From assembly GCA_050011565.1 (NCBI GenBank), contig JBEKIW010000001.1:96001-160000 (forward strand): a stretch of 64,000 nt of DNA. Direction: 5' to 3'. Position numbers and translations under genes: made by a program. How positions within the stretch are numbered: position 1 is the stretch's first letter; every line of letters starts with the position of its first letter. Source of the stretch: Dehalococcoidia bacterium. Its GTDB lineage: Bacteria > Chloroflexota > Dehalococcoidia > GIF9 > UBA5629. Positions 10,020 through 19,553 of this stretch are shown here, piece by piece. The notes under the pieces were generated by a model. It made no database searches, was not told the DNA's origin, and worked only from the letters and a program-made list of their open reading frames with translations.

Positions 10020-12452
10020 ATGAAACCTGAAAGATTTACTGAACAGGCCAGGGAGGTACTGGCCGCTTCGCAGGGCATTGCCAGTCGTTATCACCATGTC
10101 CAGTGGGACGTGGAGCATATCTTACTGGCCTTGCTGGAGCAGAAGGATGGTTTGACCTCGCAGATATTGGATAAGCTGGGTGCCAATGTGGAGGCAATTA
10201 AGGCGCGAGTTGAAGATAGTCTGGCGCGTGCTCCCAAAGCGACGAATGAGTCGGCGCAAATTTATGTCACTCCCAGGATCGCCGGGCTTATGGATAGTGT
10301 GGCGCATGAGGCCGACCGGCTTAAGGATGATTTCATCAGCACCGAGCACCTGCTGATTGCTATTGCCGGGGACGACAGAGGGGAGTCAGCAGCAATTTTG
10401 AAAGAGTTCGGCATTGACCGCGAGAAAATTTACCGGGCGCTTCAAGATATTAGAGGTGGTCATCGTGTGGACAGTCCCACCGCTGAGAGCAAGTATCGCT
10501 CTCTGGAGAAGTATGGCCGTGACCTTACCGAGTTAGCCCGCCAGGGCAAGCTCGATCCGGTTATTGGTCGCGACGAGGAGATAAAGCGGGTAATGCAGAT
10601 ATTGACCCGGCGCACCAAGAATAACCCGGTTATTATCGGTGAGGCCGGCGTCGGTAAAACGGCCATTGCCGAAGGTTTAGCCCAGAAGATTGCCGTCGGT
10701 GACGTACCCGATTCCCTTAAAAATAAGAGGGTCATCGGTCTTGATATGGGAGCGCTGGTTGCCGGCAGTAAGTTCCGTGGGGAATTTGAGGAAAGGCTGA
10801 AGGCGGTTATGGATGAGGTCCGCCAGGCCAGCGGTGAGATTATCCTATTTATTGACGAGCTGCATACTGTAGTTGGTGCCGGAGCTGCCGAAGGGGCTAT
10901 CGATGCCAGCAACATGTTGAAGCCGGCTCTGGCTCGCGGCGAGCTCCAATGCGTCGGTGCCACTACACTCGACGAGTATCGACAGCATATCGAGAAGGAT
11001 AAGGCGCTGGAACGAAGGCTGCAGCCGCTGTTTATTAACGAACCCAGTGTCGAGGCGACGGTTGAAATGCTGCGCGGGCTGCGCCCCAGGTATGAAGCTC
11101 ATCATAAGATAAAGATTGATGATTCTGCACTGGTGGCTGCTGCCAAACTCAGCCAACGTTATATCTCGGACAGGTTTTTACCGGACAAGGCAATTGACCT
11201 TATCGATGAGGCAGCAAGCAAGCTGCGTATAGACATGGAAAGCAAGCCGCCGGATATCAAAGAGCTGGACACGAAGATAAAAAATCTGTTGGATGAGGAA
11301 GACTCAGCCTCTCAGAGAGGCGATTATCAAAAAGCAGCCGAGCTAAAGTCAGAAAGGATAAAGCTTGAGCTCGAGCGTGATGGGAAAGAGGCCGAGTGGC
11401 GAACGGAGAAAAAAATCGACAGCGTTGTTGATGAAGAGACTATAGCCGAGCTGGTTTCCAAGTGGACAGGTGTTCCCGTGTCCCGGATGCTGGAAGGTGA
11501 GGCTGAAAAGTTAATGCACATGGAAGATAGGCTGCATGACAGGATTGTGAATCAGGAAGCGGCAGTTTCAGTCATCTCTGAGGCTATACGGCGGGGGCGA
11601 GCCGGGCTTAAAGACCCTAAGAGGCCCATAGGCAGCTTAATGTTCCTGGGACCCACCGGTGTCGGCAAGACGGAACTGGCCAAGGCTCTGACCCAATTCC
11701 TTTTCGATGACGAAGATGCCATGATACGGATAGACATGTCAGAATTTATGGAGAAGCATACCGTATCGCGGCTAATAGGTGCACCGCCGGGATACGTGGG
11801 TTATGAGGAAGCAGGGCAACTGACTGAAGCCGTGCGGAGGCGCCCGTTTCGAGTGATTCTTTTTGATGAGGTTGAGAAGGCGCATCCTGACGTTCTTAAA
11901 ATTCTGCTGCAGATACTGGAGGATGGTAGGCTGACTGACGGCCATGGCAGAACGGTCGACTTTAAAAATACCGTGGTGATAATGACCAGCAATCTGGGCA
12001 CTGAGATGTTCAAGCGCCAGGCTATCGGCTTCTCTCGCCAGGAGGGAGATGAGCAGCAGAAGCTGAAAAGTGATATAGAAAAGGAGCTCAAGCAAGCCTT
12101 TCGGCCCGAGTTCTTGAACAGGATAGACGATACCATAATTTTCCAGCCGCTTACTGAAGAGCACCTGAAGAAGATTGTTGACTTATTAATCCTGGAGGTG
12201 CAGAAGCGGCTAGCTGATAGGAATATCAAACTTGACCTGGACGATGAAGCTAGAGCCTGGCTGTTAAAAGAGGGCTATGAGCCGGCGTACGGAGCGCGTC
12301 CGCTGCGTCGGGCAATCCAGCGCTATGTTGAGAACCCTCTATCGAGCAAAATACTACAGGGTGAAATAAAAGACGGAGAGACGGCGGTTGTTGGCGTCAG
12401 TGGTGATGTGTTAAGCTTTAGCACCAAGAAAAAGGTCAAGGCAGCTAAGTAG
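10020..12452 (+). CDS. Clp/Hsp100 ATPase, ClpC-like (short UVR-type middle domain, IGF loop)
   Basis: Clp-N repeats, Walker A motifs GEAGVGKT and GPTGVGKT, short coiled coil, AIGF motif. Confidence 0.9.
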   Translation: MKPERFTEQAREVLAASQGIASRYHHVQWDVEHILLALLEQKDGLTSQILDKLGANVEAIKARVEDSLARAPKATNESAQIYVTPRIAGLMDSVAHEADRLKDDFISTEHLLIAIAGDDRGESAAILKEFGIDREKIYRALQDIRGGHRVDSPTAESKYRSLEKYGRDLTELARQGKLDPVIGRDEEIKRVMQILTRRTKNNPVIIGEAGVGKTAIAEGLAQKIAVGDVPDSLKNKRVIGLDMGALVAGSKFRGEFEERLKAVMDEVRQASGEIILFIDELHTVVGAGAAEGAIDASNMLKPALARGELQCVGATTLDEYRQHIEKDKALERRLQPLFINEPSVEATVEMLRGLRPRYEAHHKIKIDDSALVAAAKLSQRYISDRFLPDKAIDLIDEAASKLRIDMESKPPDIKELDTKIKNLLDEEDSASQRGDYQKAAELKSERIKLELERDGKEAEWRTEKKIDSVVDEETIAELVSKWTGVPVSRMLEGEAEKLMHMEDRLHDRIVNQEAAVSVISEAIRRGRAGLKDPKRPIGSLMFLGPTGVGKTELAKALTQFLFDDEDAMIRIDMSEFMEKHTVSRLIGAPPGYVGYEEAGQLTEAVRRRPFRVILFDEVEKAHPDVLKILLQILEDGRLTDGHGRTVDFKNTVVIMTSNLGTEMFKRQAIGFSRQEGDEQQKLKSDIEKELKQAFRPEFLNRIDDTIIFQPLTEEHLKKIVDLLILEVQKRLADRNIKLDLDDEARAWLLKEGYEPAYGARPLRRAIQRYVENPLSSKILQGEIKDGETAVVGVSGDVLSFSTKKKVKAAK

Positions 12453-12476
12453 AAGTAGACGGAAAACACATCACTA

Positions 12477-13118
12477 ATGGATGCTATAACCGCAAAGAAA
12501 GAAGCTAAGCCTCGGGTATCCATAAGAGATATAACATTTGGTGTCCTGTCTTTACTGGTCACCATTGCTCTTTGTGTTGTCGCCATCTGCTACAAAGATT
12601 ACCTGCTGGGCATGGCGGCCTTAGCCACCTATGGCCTTTTAGGTATGCTCATAATTGCCTTCCTCGGCGGAAGTTTATTGAGCATGCTGGCCATACCGGT
12701 TCCATATTGGCTGTTAGTCTTCACGTTACCACCTATCCTGGCCGCTAAATACGGGATAGGTGCACCTATAGTGGTAGGTTTAATCTCAGGATTGGGGGCC
12801 AGTCTGGGGCAGCTACTCACTTTCACAATTGGTTGTGGCAGCAGGGACCTATCTCAGAAACTAGCCTACAGGGTAAATAGGAACTTTTATGATAGAGCTA
12901 TGAGCCTGGCACAGAAGCACGGTTCGCTGGCCGTCTTCCTTATGTCAGCCATCATAAATCCTTTTCATCTGCCGATGACCTTTGCCATGGCGTCGCTCCG
13001 CTATCCCAGTTGGAAATTCTTCCTTTTCTCTTTAATGGGTAACATAGTGAAAAGCTCATTTATAGCTTTTTGTGGCTATTTTGGCTTAACTTCGCTTTTC
13101 CGGTTTCTGGGAATCTAG
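12477..13118 (+). CDS. VTT/DedA (SNARE-associated) family membrane protein
   Basis: Hydrophobic; GLGASLGQL..F..G and AVFLMSAIINPF..MTFAMASLRY; paralog of 14569. Confidence 0.75.
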   Translation: MDAITAKKEAKPRVSIRDITFGVLSLLVTIALCVVAICYKDYLLGMAALATYGLLGMLIIAFLGGSLLSMLAIPVPYWLLVFTLPPILAAKYGIGAPIVVGLISGLGASLGQLLTFTIGCGSRDLSQKLAYRVNRNFYDRAMSLAQKHGSLAVFLMSAIINPFHLPMTFAMASLRYPSWKFFLFSLMGNIVKSSFIAFCGYFGLTSLFRFLGI

Positions 13119-13137
13119 AAGGGACTATAATTGCAAA

Positions 13138-13716
13138 GTGTTTATCTTCTTTTTCTGCATGGTCGGAATATCGGTGGGTGTAGTAGTCTGGCAATTAGTC
13201 GTCTGGTCCGGTGAGATTTCGCAAAAGAACAAGAGATATAAAGCTGCGGTTTCATGCTCCCGCAAACTTGGCAAGCCACTGCTGGTAGCCGGTGGGCCCT
13301 GGAGTAACACCGGAATCCGTCGATGGCTAAATATGCCGGCACACGGTGGTGGTGACGTTTGTCTCGACATAGCGCGCCGGGCATTCGAAGGACATCCTCG
13401 CGGGTTAATTGCCGATGTTACCCAGATTCCGTTCTTCGATAAGGCATTTGGGGCCGTTTTTGCCAGTCATTTGCTGGAACACCTGCCGTCGATTTCTTCT
13501 GCAAATAGAGCTCTGGATGAGCTTAATAGAGTGGCAGAGGCGGTGTTTCTCGTTTATCCTTCAAGGCAATCTGTAGGGGCATGGCTTCATAGCGGGCATC
13601 ACCTGTGGGTTTGGCAGAAGGGCAACACAATCTATATAAAGCAGAGGACCAATTCAAAGGGTGAGAAGAGCGCCAGGTATCTCATTGTTGATGCTTTCAG
13701 TGGAGTGCCTCATTGA
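13138..13716 (+). CDS. Membrane-anchored SAM-dependent methyltransferase-like protein
   Basis: N-terminal TM segment; ADVTQIPFFDKAFGAVFASHLLEHL resembles type-11 methyltransferase motifs; motif I is atypical. Confidence 0.6.
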   Translation: MFIFFFCMVGISVGVVVWQLVVWSGEISQKNKRYKAAVSCSRKLGKPLLVAGGPWSNTGIRRWLNMPAHGGGDVCLDIARRAFEGHPRGLIADVTQIPFFDKAFGAVFASHLLEHLPSISSANRALDELNRVAEAVFLVYPSRQSVGAWLHSGHHLWVWQKGNTIYIKQRTNSKGEKSARYLIVDAFSGVPH

Positions 13717-14537
13717 TTAAACTTCCCTTAAAGACTGGGAGTATCAATAGAGCACCGGACATTGCGGTTGCAGACATGAATTTACGGGAAGATGCCTATC
13801 GTCTGGCTCGGGAAATTATTAAGAGTGAGGAAGCGGCTGATAAGTTAGCCGGGCAAATTACAGATGTCTGTACTAGAGCCCAGGGCAAAGGCTTACTTAT
13901 TGTTCATAATCCTGGCGGTTGGGGGCATGCCCGCCTGGACCAATGCCTGGAGTGGGAAAGGGGGATAGTGGTCGGGGTAAAAGCCGCTGTACAAGAAATG
14001 GGACACAGTTTCTTTATGACCCAGTATTTCCGCAGTGGCGAGGGATGGCAGGAAGAGATGCGGGACTTGAAAGAACAGTTCCGCTTTTTTGAATCCAAGG
14101 CGAATATAATGGCAGCCTGGTTGCGATTCATCATTACACATGTCGATGGTATCAAGGTCATCTTAATAGGGGTAAGTCAGGGGGCGGCCTTCGGCAACTC
14201 GGTTCTGCAGCGACTGGGCGAGTATTACCCGGTATATAGCATTGAATTGGGCTTTCCTTTCCAGTATAAATCCCGGCGGGTAATTACCGAGAGGACATTA
14301 GCGATCGAGGGTAACGGGGTCAAGCCTGACGTGCTGGTACAAGGGAATATATGGGTTGGGGCTAGAATTCTTATGGCAGCTCCTTTCAAATGGATGTGGT
14401 ATCGTCTTAGAGGTAAAACGGTGGCGTTCGCACACTGTGTCACTGCCCCCGGTCACGAATACGATTGGAGCAATCCTGAGATTCAGCGGCGAATTCGGGA
14501 TTTACTCGAGGCTAATTTCGGCTCTAAAGATAGGTGA
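13713..14537 (+). CDS. Alpha/beta-hydrolase-like hypothetical protein
   Basis: Nucleophile elbow ILIGVSQGAA (GxSxG), NPGGWG oxyanion-like loop, late His (PGHEY). Confidence 0.55.
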   Translation: MIKLPLKTGSINRAPDIAVADMNLREDAYRLAREIIKSEEAADKLAGQITDVCTRAQGKGLLIVHNPGGWGHARLDQCLEWERGIVVGVKAAVQEMGHSFFMTQYFRSGEGWQEEMRDLKEQFRFFESKANIMAAWLRFIITHVDGIKVILIGVSQGAAFGNSVLQRLGEYYPVYSIELGFPFQYKSRRVITERTLAIEGNGVKPDVLVQGNIWVGARILMAAPFKWMWYRLRGKTVAFAHCVTAPGHEYDWSNPEIQRRIRDLLEANFGSKDR

Positions 14538-14568
14538 TATAACCGGCCCAACAGGAAAGTATTCGAAG

Positions 14569-15153
14569 GTGACGATTTCAGAAAAGGCACGCTCAAGAAG
14601 ACGAGAATATATTATAGGCGGTCTGGCGTTAGCACTAACCGTTGCCCTTTGCGTTGCTGTCGTTTTATACTGGGATTATATCAGGCAGGCTGAACATTAT
14701 GGTTACCTTGGCGCTTTTGTTATCAGCGTTCTGGCCGGCGCTACGGTTTTAGTGCCCATACCCGGTATTTTAGTCGTCTTTACTTTAGGCAGCGTGTTAA
14801 ACCCGGCTCTGGTTGGGATAGTGTCTGGCCTGGGGGAAGCAGTCGGCAGCATTGGCATTTACATAAGCGGTTGGGGTGGGCAGAAAGCGGTACAAAACCT
14901 TAATCATAGATTCGTTAACAGGTTTGTCGACTGGATACGTCATCGAGGTGAGATTGCTGTCTTTTTAATGTCGGCTATACTCAATCCATTCTTTTATCCA
15001 TTTACAGCCATTGCCGGCATGTTGCGTTTTGGACTGGTAAAATTCTTCTTCTTGTGCTGGGGAGGCAAAACCATAAAAAATACGGCAATTGCCTATCTTG
15101 GTTATTTCGGGTTACGTAATATATTGCGCTGGGTAGGCGTGGCAGGAATCTAA
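14569..15153 (+). CDS. VTT/DedA family membrane protein
   Basis: GYLGAFVISVLAGATVLVPIPG...GLGEAVG...AVFLMSAILNPFFYP. Start moved to GTG 14569 to avoid overlap. Confidence 0.8.
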   Translation: MTISEKARSRRREYIIGGLALALTVALCVAVVLYWDYIRQAEHYGYLGAFVISVLAGATVLVPIPGILVVFTLGSVLNPALVGIVSGLGEAVGSIGIYISGWGGQKAVQNLNHRFVNRFVDWIRHRGEIAVFLMSAILNPFFYPFTAIAGMLRFGLVKFFFLCWGGKTIKNTAIAYLGYFGLRNILRWVGVAGI

Positions 15154-15160
15154 TTAATCT

Positions 15161-15502
15161 ATGCCTAGATCTAAATCTGGACCTAAACCAAAAGCTGAAC
15201 TTGAACTCAGGCCCAAGCCTAAGCTTAGCCGCAAGCGTAGACCAAAAACTGAGTTTGAACTCCTACCGAAGCCTAAGCTTAGCCGCAAGCGTAGACCCAA
15301 GCCGAGAAGCTGGCGGGTAGCGCTTCTCCTGTCTCTTTTCCTTGGGCCATTCGGGGCGGACCGTTTTTACATCGGAAGAACTCGCTCGGCGGTTCTTAAG
15401 CTCGTTACCTTAAGCTGCTTTGGTGTCTGGTGGCTGACTGACTTTGTACTTATCGCCGGTGATTGGCGGCGGGATGCCTGGGGCCGGCGGCTGAAGCATT
15501 AA
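15161..15502 (+). CDS. TM2-domain protein with a basic repeated N-terminus
   Basis: ALLLSLFLGPFGADRFYIG...KLVTL..FGVWWLTDFVLI is a TM2 signature. Confidence 0.85.
   Translation: MPRSKSGPKPKAELELRPKPKLSRKRRPKTEFELLPKPKLSRKRRPKPRSWRVALLLSLFLGPFGADRFYIGRTRSAVLKLVTLSCFGVWWLTDFVLIAGDWRRDAWGRRLKH
15188..15295 (+). repeat. 54-bp tandem duplication in the TM2 gene
   Basis: Units 15188-15241 and 15242-15295 encode PKAELELRPKPKLSRKRR and PKTEFELLPKPKLSRKRR. Confidence 0.9.
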
Positions 15503-15546
15503 CGCCGTTTGAGTTTCAGCGAGCTTTTTGCTAGACTTTTCGGCGT

Positions 15547-15622
15547 GGGGCTGTAGCTCAATCGGGAGAGCGTTTGACTGGCAGTCAAAAGGTAGTGGGT
15601 TCGAATCCCATCAGCTCCACCA
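15547..15622 (+). tRNA. tRNA-Ala (GGC)
   Basis: 76-nt cloverleaf GGGGCTG...CAGCTCC-A-CCA; anticodon arm TTTGA-CTGGCAG-TCAAA; T arm GGTTCGAATCC; G3:U70 pair. Confidence 0.97.
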
Positions 15623-16605
15623 ATAACCCTTCTGAAGCTAACATCAATTCAAATCACCTTTCGACTAGCCAAGATTCTTACACGCAATTAGATATCCCAT
15701 TACACCGTTTGATTGAAGGATTTCTGTTATCCTGTAAGGTAGAAAACAAATCTCCAGCAACTATATCCTTCTATAAAAATATCCTGGATAAGTTCCAATG
15801 GTTCTTAACCAAATTCGGGATTAATACTATCGACGCCACAACGATAAGAAGCTTTCTCGGATACCTTAAGGATACAGCCAGTAGATGGGATAGTAACAAC
15901 ACACGTGCAAATAGGCCGGTATCGCCAACAACGGTTAAGAGCTATTACATTGGTCTATCTGCATTATTTACCTGGGCTATGGAAGAAGAGTTGATACAGG
16001 TTAATCCGATGGCGAATGTAAAGAAACCTAAGCTACCTAATAAAATAGTTAAAGGTTTAGAATCTGAAATCATAATAACATTGCTAAACGCATTTAGTGG
16101 TCGAAGCTTTAATGATCTGCGTAATAAGGCTATGCTTTTAATGTTTCTGGATACTGGCTTAAGGTTATCTGAACTTGCAGGTCTGACTTTATCTGATATC
16201 AATATTGAGAAAGGCATCATCAAAATCATTGGTAAAGGCAATAAAGAAAGATACGCTAGAATAGGAGTCAAGACACAGAAAGCATTATGGAATTATTTAG
16301 CTCATAGACCAGTAGAAAAGGAGTATGTATGGTTGGGAAAAGGCTATTGTAAAATGACAGTAGATGGCATTGCTCTGGTTATTCGAAACTTGGGTAAGAG
16401 ATTAGGGATTAGATTATCACCGCATAGGTTGAGACATAGTTTTGCTATTAGCTTCTTAAGAAATGGAGCTAATCCATTCGAGTTACAGATAGCGTTAGGG
16501 CATACCACATTGGAAATGACCAGGAGATACACTCAAGCATTAGGATTTGACGATGTGTTTAAGAGACATGTGTTGGCTAGTCCGGTGGATAGATTGATGC
16601 ATTAG
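15574..16605 (+). CDS. Tyrosine recombinase/integrase (start uncertain; frame is open back into the tRNA)
   Basis: SAM-like N domain; catalytic R (DTGLRLSEL), K (GKGNK), HxxR (HRLRH), LGH and Y (TRRY) all intact; first ATG only at 15979. Confidence 0.93.
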   Translation: MTGSQKVVGSNPISSTNNPSEANINSNHLSTSQDSYTQLDIPLHRLIEGFLLSCKVENKSPATISFYKNILDKFQWFLTKFGINTIDATTIRSFLGYLKDTASRWDSNNTRANRPVSPTTVKSYYIGLSALFTWAMEEELIQVNPMANVKKPKLPNKIVKGLESEIIITLLNAFSGRSFNDLRNKAMLLMFLDTGLRLSELAGLTLSDINIEKGIIKIIGKGNKERYARIGVKTQKALWNYLAHRPVEKEYVWLGKGYCKMTVDGIALVIRNLGKRLGIRLSPHRLRHSFAISFLRNGANPFELQIALGHTTLEMTRRYTQALGFDDVFKRHVLASPVDRLMH

Positions 16606-16746
16606 GGTACGAGGCGGTGGAGAGTAATAGGAAGTGTGGGCTGGTGGATATACTAAAATGAATTTTGTTTAATGTCTAAAGATGGCTTTCGCTGGGGGAC
16701 CTTGAACCTCATATTAACAGACTATGCGGCAATCGATGCCCTGGAA

Positions 16747-16902
16747 TTAAGTTACCTCGCCTGAAAGTGCCCTGCGCAATGTCTTATTTCCACATTTTGG
16801 ACAAGGGGCTTCTTTCACTAGTTTCCCCTTAGGAACAGCAACTTTGCCTTTAAAATCACAGTTCCCGCAAACGACTGCTTCTTGATAAGTTTCATCGCTC
16901 AC
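16747..16902 (-). CDS. 51-aa zinc-ribbon microprotein
   Basis: Own translation MSDETYQEAVVCGNCDFKGKVAVPKGKLVKEAPCPKCGNKTLRRALSGEVT; CxxC...CPxCG; SD AAGGAG upstream of GTG; absent from the ORF track. Confidence 0.75.
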   Translation of the reverse strand: MSDETYQEAVVCGNCDFKGKVAVPKGKLVKEAPCPKCGNKTLRRALSGEVT

Positions 16903-17099
16903 TTCTCTATCTCCTTGCCTTGGTCATAAATATTATATCATACTGATAATATCATTCCAGTGTCGATCGCTTTGTTAGCCCGAATGTATTACTCTAGATG
17001 AGTGCCAATTCAAAACCCAGATTTTTACCACCCGTATTGCACAATAGAAACGTTCTAGATCTTCATGACTTCTTGGCTATCCCCAGGCCTCCGATTCAG

Positions 17100-17570
17100 C
17101 TATCTATTATTTGAGGTTCCCTTAAGGAATTTTCTGAATATGATGAAGGGACTTGCGAAAACAATAGTGTATATAATCGCTGGAATCCACCAATATCCAT
17201 TAGCTGCAAAACAACTTAAGATTATTCCTGTAATAAATAGCAAAAGTCCGACTATAAAAACTATACAGGCAATGATTTTATTGCCTTCTTCAAACCACAA
17301 GAAACCTTCGAATATAAAAATAAGTGAAAAACTTGATATTTGTAATGCTGGCGTCTGTTTAATTTCTGATTTCGTGGCAAGGAATATCAAAGCAACCGCA
17401 ATAATAATGGTTCCATACATTAGAACAACTCTACTAAACAGTCTTCTCGTATTCCACCATTTGCGGGATTGGAATAAAAAAATAATACCAATACCTATTA
17501 TGGGTAGTTTAGGAGCAATAAGTGTTAGCCCGTTTATAAATAGTGTTAGCCCGTTTATCAACTCTGCCAT
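17100..17570 (-). CDS. Multi-TM hypothetical membrane protein
   Basis: Highly hydrophobic; SD GAGGT upstream; 21-bp tandem duplication (INGLTL twice) near the N-terminus. Confidence 0.65.
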   Translation of the reverse strand: MAELINGLTLFINGLTLIAPKLPIIGIGIIFLFQSRKWWNTRRLFSRVVLMYGTIIIAVALIFLATKSEIKQTPALQISSFSLIFIFEGFLWFEEGNKIIACIVFIVGLLLFITGIILSCFAANGYWWIPAIIYTIVFASPFIIFRKFLKGTSNNR

Positions 17571-17702
17571 TTCTGTTACCTCTATATTTGAGGCTATCCC
17601 AAATTGTTAAGTATGTCCCGTTTATTTCATTTTGAATGTATTTGTCTATAGTTAACCTTGGTTAAGTAATTACATATATATAGTTCAGGTCAGGATGACC
17701 AG

Positions 17703-17816
17703 CGATTACTTGGACATACAACATTGGAAATGACTAGGAGATATACACAAGCATTAGGTTTTGATGACGTGTTTAAGAGGCATGTGGTAGCGAGTCCCGT
17801 GGATAGGTTGTTGTAG
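17703..17816 (+). pseudogene. Integrase 3'-tail remnant 1
   Basis: RLLGHTTLEMTRRYTQALGFDDVFKRHVVASPVDRLL*, near-identical to the C-terminus of the 15574 integrase. Confidence 0.9.
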
Positions 17817-17840
17817 GACTGGTTTTCGGGGGCAGGTCAC

Positions 17841-17936
17841 CTACTTCTTGTCTCCTTTGCTCTTCCCCTTTTGCGCGTCGGCATACTTATTTTTATGCTC
17901 GTTCTTGGGATGCTTTTTCTTATTACGCTTACTCAT
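17841..17936 (-). CDS. 31-aa Lys-rich microprotein
   Basis: MSKRNKKKHPKNEHKNKYADAQKGKSKGDKK*, SD GAGGAG upstream. Confidence 0.55.
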   Translation of the reverse strand: MSKRNKKKHPKNEHKNKYADAQKGKSKGDKK

Positions 17937-17993
17937 CGTCTTACTCCTCTATCCAGAAAAATACGATAGGTCACTCATTCCGTCATTTATTAT

Positions 17994-18416
17994 ATCACTA
18001 TGGCTGATATTGACATTAAAAGAGGAATCATTAAGACAGTAGGTAAAGGCAATAAAGAAAGATACGCTAGAATAGGCGTAAAGACACAGAAAGCCTTATG
18101 GAATTATCTAGCACATAGACCAGTAGAAAAGGAGTATGTATGGTTGGGAAAAGGCTATGGTAAAATGACCAAGGATGGCATAGCTCTAATGGTACGGAAT
18201 CTCGGTAAGAGATTGGGTATGAAGTTATCACCACACAAATTGAGACATAGCTTTGCTATTAGCTTCTTAAGAAACGGAGCTAATCCGTTTGAGTTACAGA
18301 TAGCATTAGGGCATACTACACTGGAAATGACCAGGAGATATACTCAGGCATTAGGGTTTGATGATGTGTTTAAAAGACATATAATAGCATCACCGGTGGA
18401 TAGACTGGTTAAATAG
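17994..18416 (+). pseudogene. Integrase C-terminal half, remnant 2
   Basis: Near-identical to the second half of the 15574 integrase; lacks the N domain and first catalytic Arg. Confidence 0.9.
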
Positions 18417-18420
18417 CTTT

Positions 18421-18455
18421 GATAGTCCCTAGTGTAGAATGCTCTAGGGACTATC
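18421..18455. terminator. 12-bp stem-loop between convergent genes
   Basis: GATAGTCCCTAG-11 nt-CTAGGGACTATC. Confidence 0.6.
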
Positions 18456-18533
18456 GACTCACACATTTGTTTTTAGGCTACAGATTAAGTTAAAACGTGT
18501 GGTTAAAAAAGCCTTAAGTTGAAATTCTTGTTG

Positions 18534-18719
18534 TTAGACGGTCTTATCTTCAATTGCGGCTGAAGGTGCATCCTTCTTGACGGATTCTATCCCGTTTTTT
18601 GCATTCTCCTTGGTCGTGTATCCTTCACCCGAATTCGCAATCATTTGTCCATTGGATGCAATTAGTCTCCATCGAATTTCACCTTTTTTGTCTTTGAACA
18701 ATTCAAATTTCGCTGTCAT
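18534..18719 (-). CDS. YegP/DUF1508 (UPF0339) family protein
   Basis: KFELFKDKKGEIRWRLIASNGQMIANSGEGYTTKENAKNGIESVK; SD AGGAGG. Confidence 0.9.
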   Translation of the reverse strand: MTAKFELFKDKKGEIRWRLIASNGQMIANSGEGYTTKENAKNGIESVKKDAPSAAIEDKTV

Positions 18720-18851
18720 GACATTTACCTCCTATCTTTATTATTAAAGAGATACTAGCAGAGTCAGGTAGTGGGTCAATTTGAATCTGAAAAATTCTAA
18801 CTCAAATTGTGCGATGCTACACTGGCTCAATAAAGTAACTTCAAAGTGCCT

Positions 18852-18980
18852 TTATGAAATCAGTTGCGATAAAATCCAGAACGCTAATCCTAGGGCTATT
18901 AGGTTTACCTTATTCCAAATGTTAATAGTTGCTATGATGAAACAGACTAGCCCAAGTATCAGTAGGATTGTTGTTATCAT
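18852..18980 (-). CDS. 42-aa two-helix membrane microprotein
   Basis: MITTILLILGLVCFIIATINIWNKVNLIALGLAFWILSQLIS*, SD AAGGAG; absent from the ORF track. Confidence 0.65.
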   Translation of the reverse strand: MITTILLILGLVCFIIATINIWNKVNLIALGLAFWILSQLIS

Positions 18981-19422
18981 AATTTCTCCTTTTTCTGCGA
19001 TTCAATGTCAAGACTCTTCCTTAACCCACGGGTCTTCAACTATTAAGTGAATACTAGCAGAGTGAACATGTAGAAGTAATATAATCGAGGCACGATATGT
19101 TAAATAGTTATGATATTTATAGCGTCATCGGCGGATTGATTGATGAAATGACAGGACGGAGGTAATTCCAATGGGCCTATTTGTGCACCAAATGCAAGAA
19201 TCTTGGTGTTAGGATACTGGTACGCTCAAATGGATGAGAAGGGAAAAGTGTTGTTTAATACACCTTATAATAAAGGGGTAATAGCGTTACGATGGAAAGG
19301 GTATAACTAGCGGTGGCAGGAATTGGAACATCTCAGCCAGTGGGGAGATATCATAAATTGAATACACCGCTGACATACCTGCTATAATGCTAATTTAAGC
19401 GAATTTAATACGGAGGTCAGAC

Positions 19423-19524
19423 ATGGGAAGCAAAGGAAGAAAGAACGAGAAAAAGCCTAAGAAGCAAGTAAAAGCGAAGTCAGCAGCGAAGACACCGGAT
19501 AAGACAGAACGAAAGAAGAGATAA
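19423..19524 (+). CDS. 33-aa Lys/Arg-rich microprotein
   Basis: MGSKGRKNEKKPKKQVKAKSAAKTPDKTERKKR*, SD GGAGGT, extended -10 TGcTATAAT at 19380-19388. Confidence 0.6.
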   Translation: MGSKGRKNEKKPKKQVKAKSAAKTPDKTERKKR

Positions 19525-19553
19525 TAGTCCCGCTAGAAGGCAGGATTAGCGAT

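Noticed and set aside
17065-17610. 181-aa plus-strand ORF
   Set aside because: Antisense to a hydrophobic minus-strand ORF that has a proper SD; no recognisable motif.
18000-18416. Second functional integrase
   Set aside because: Lacks the core-binding domain, the first catalytic Arg and an SD, so it is treated as a remnant.
19097-19310. Possible gene MLNSYDIY...*FQWAYLCTKC...
   Set aside because: Interrupted by stops in every frame tried and matches no family I recognise; at most a decayed fragment.
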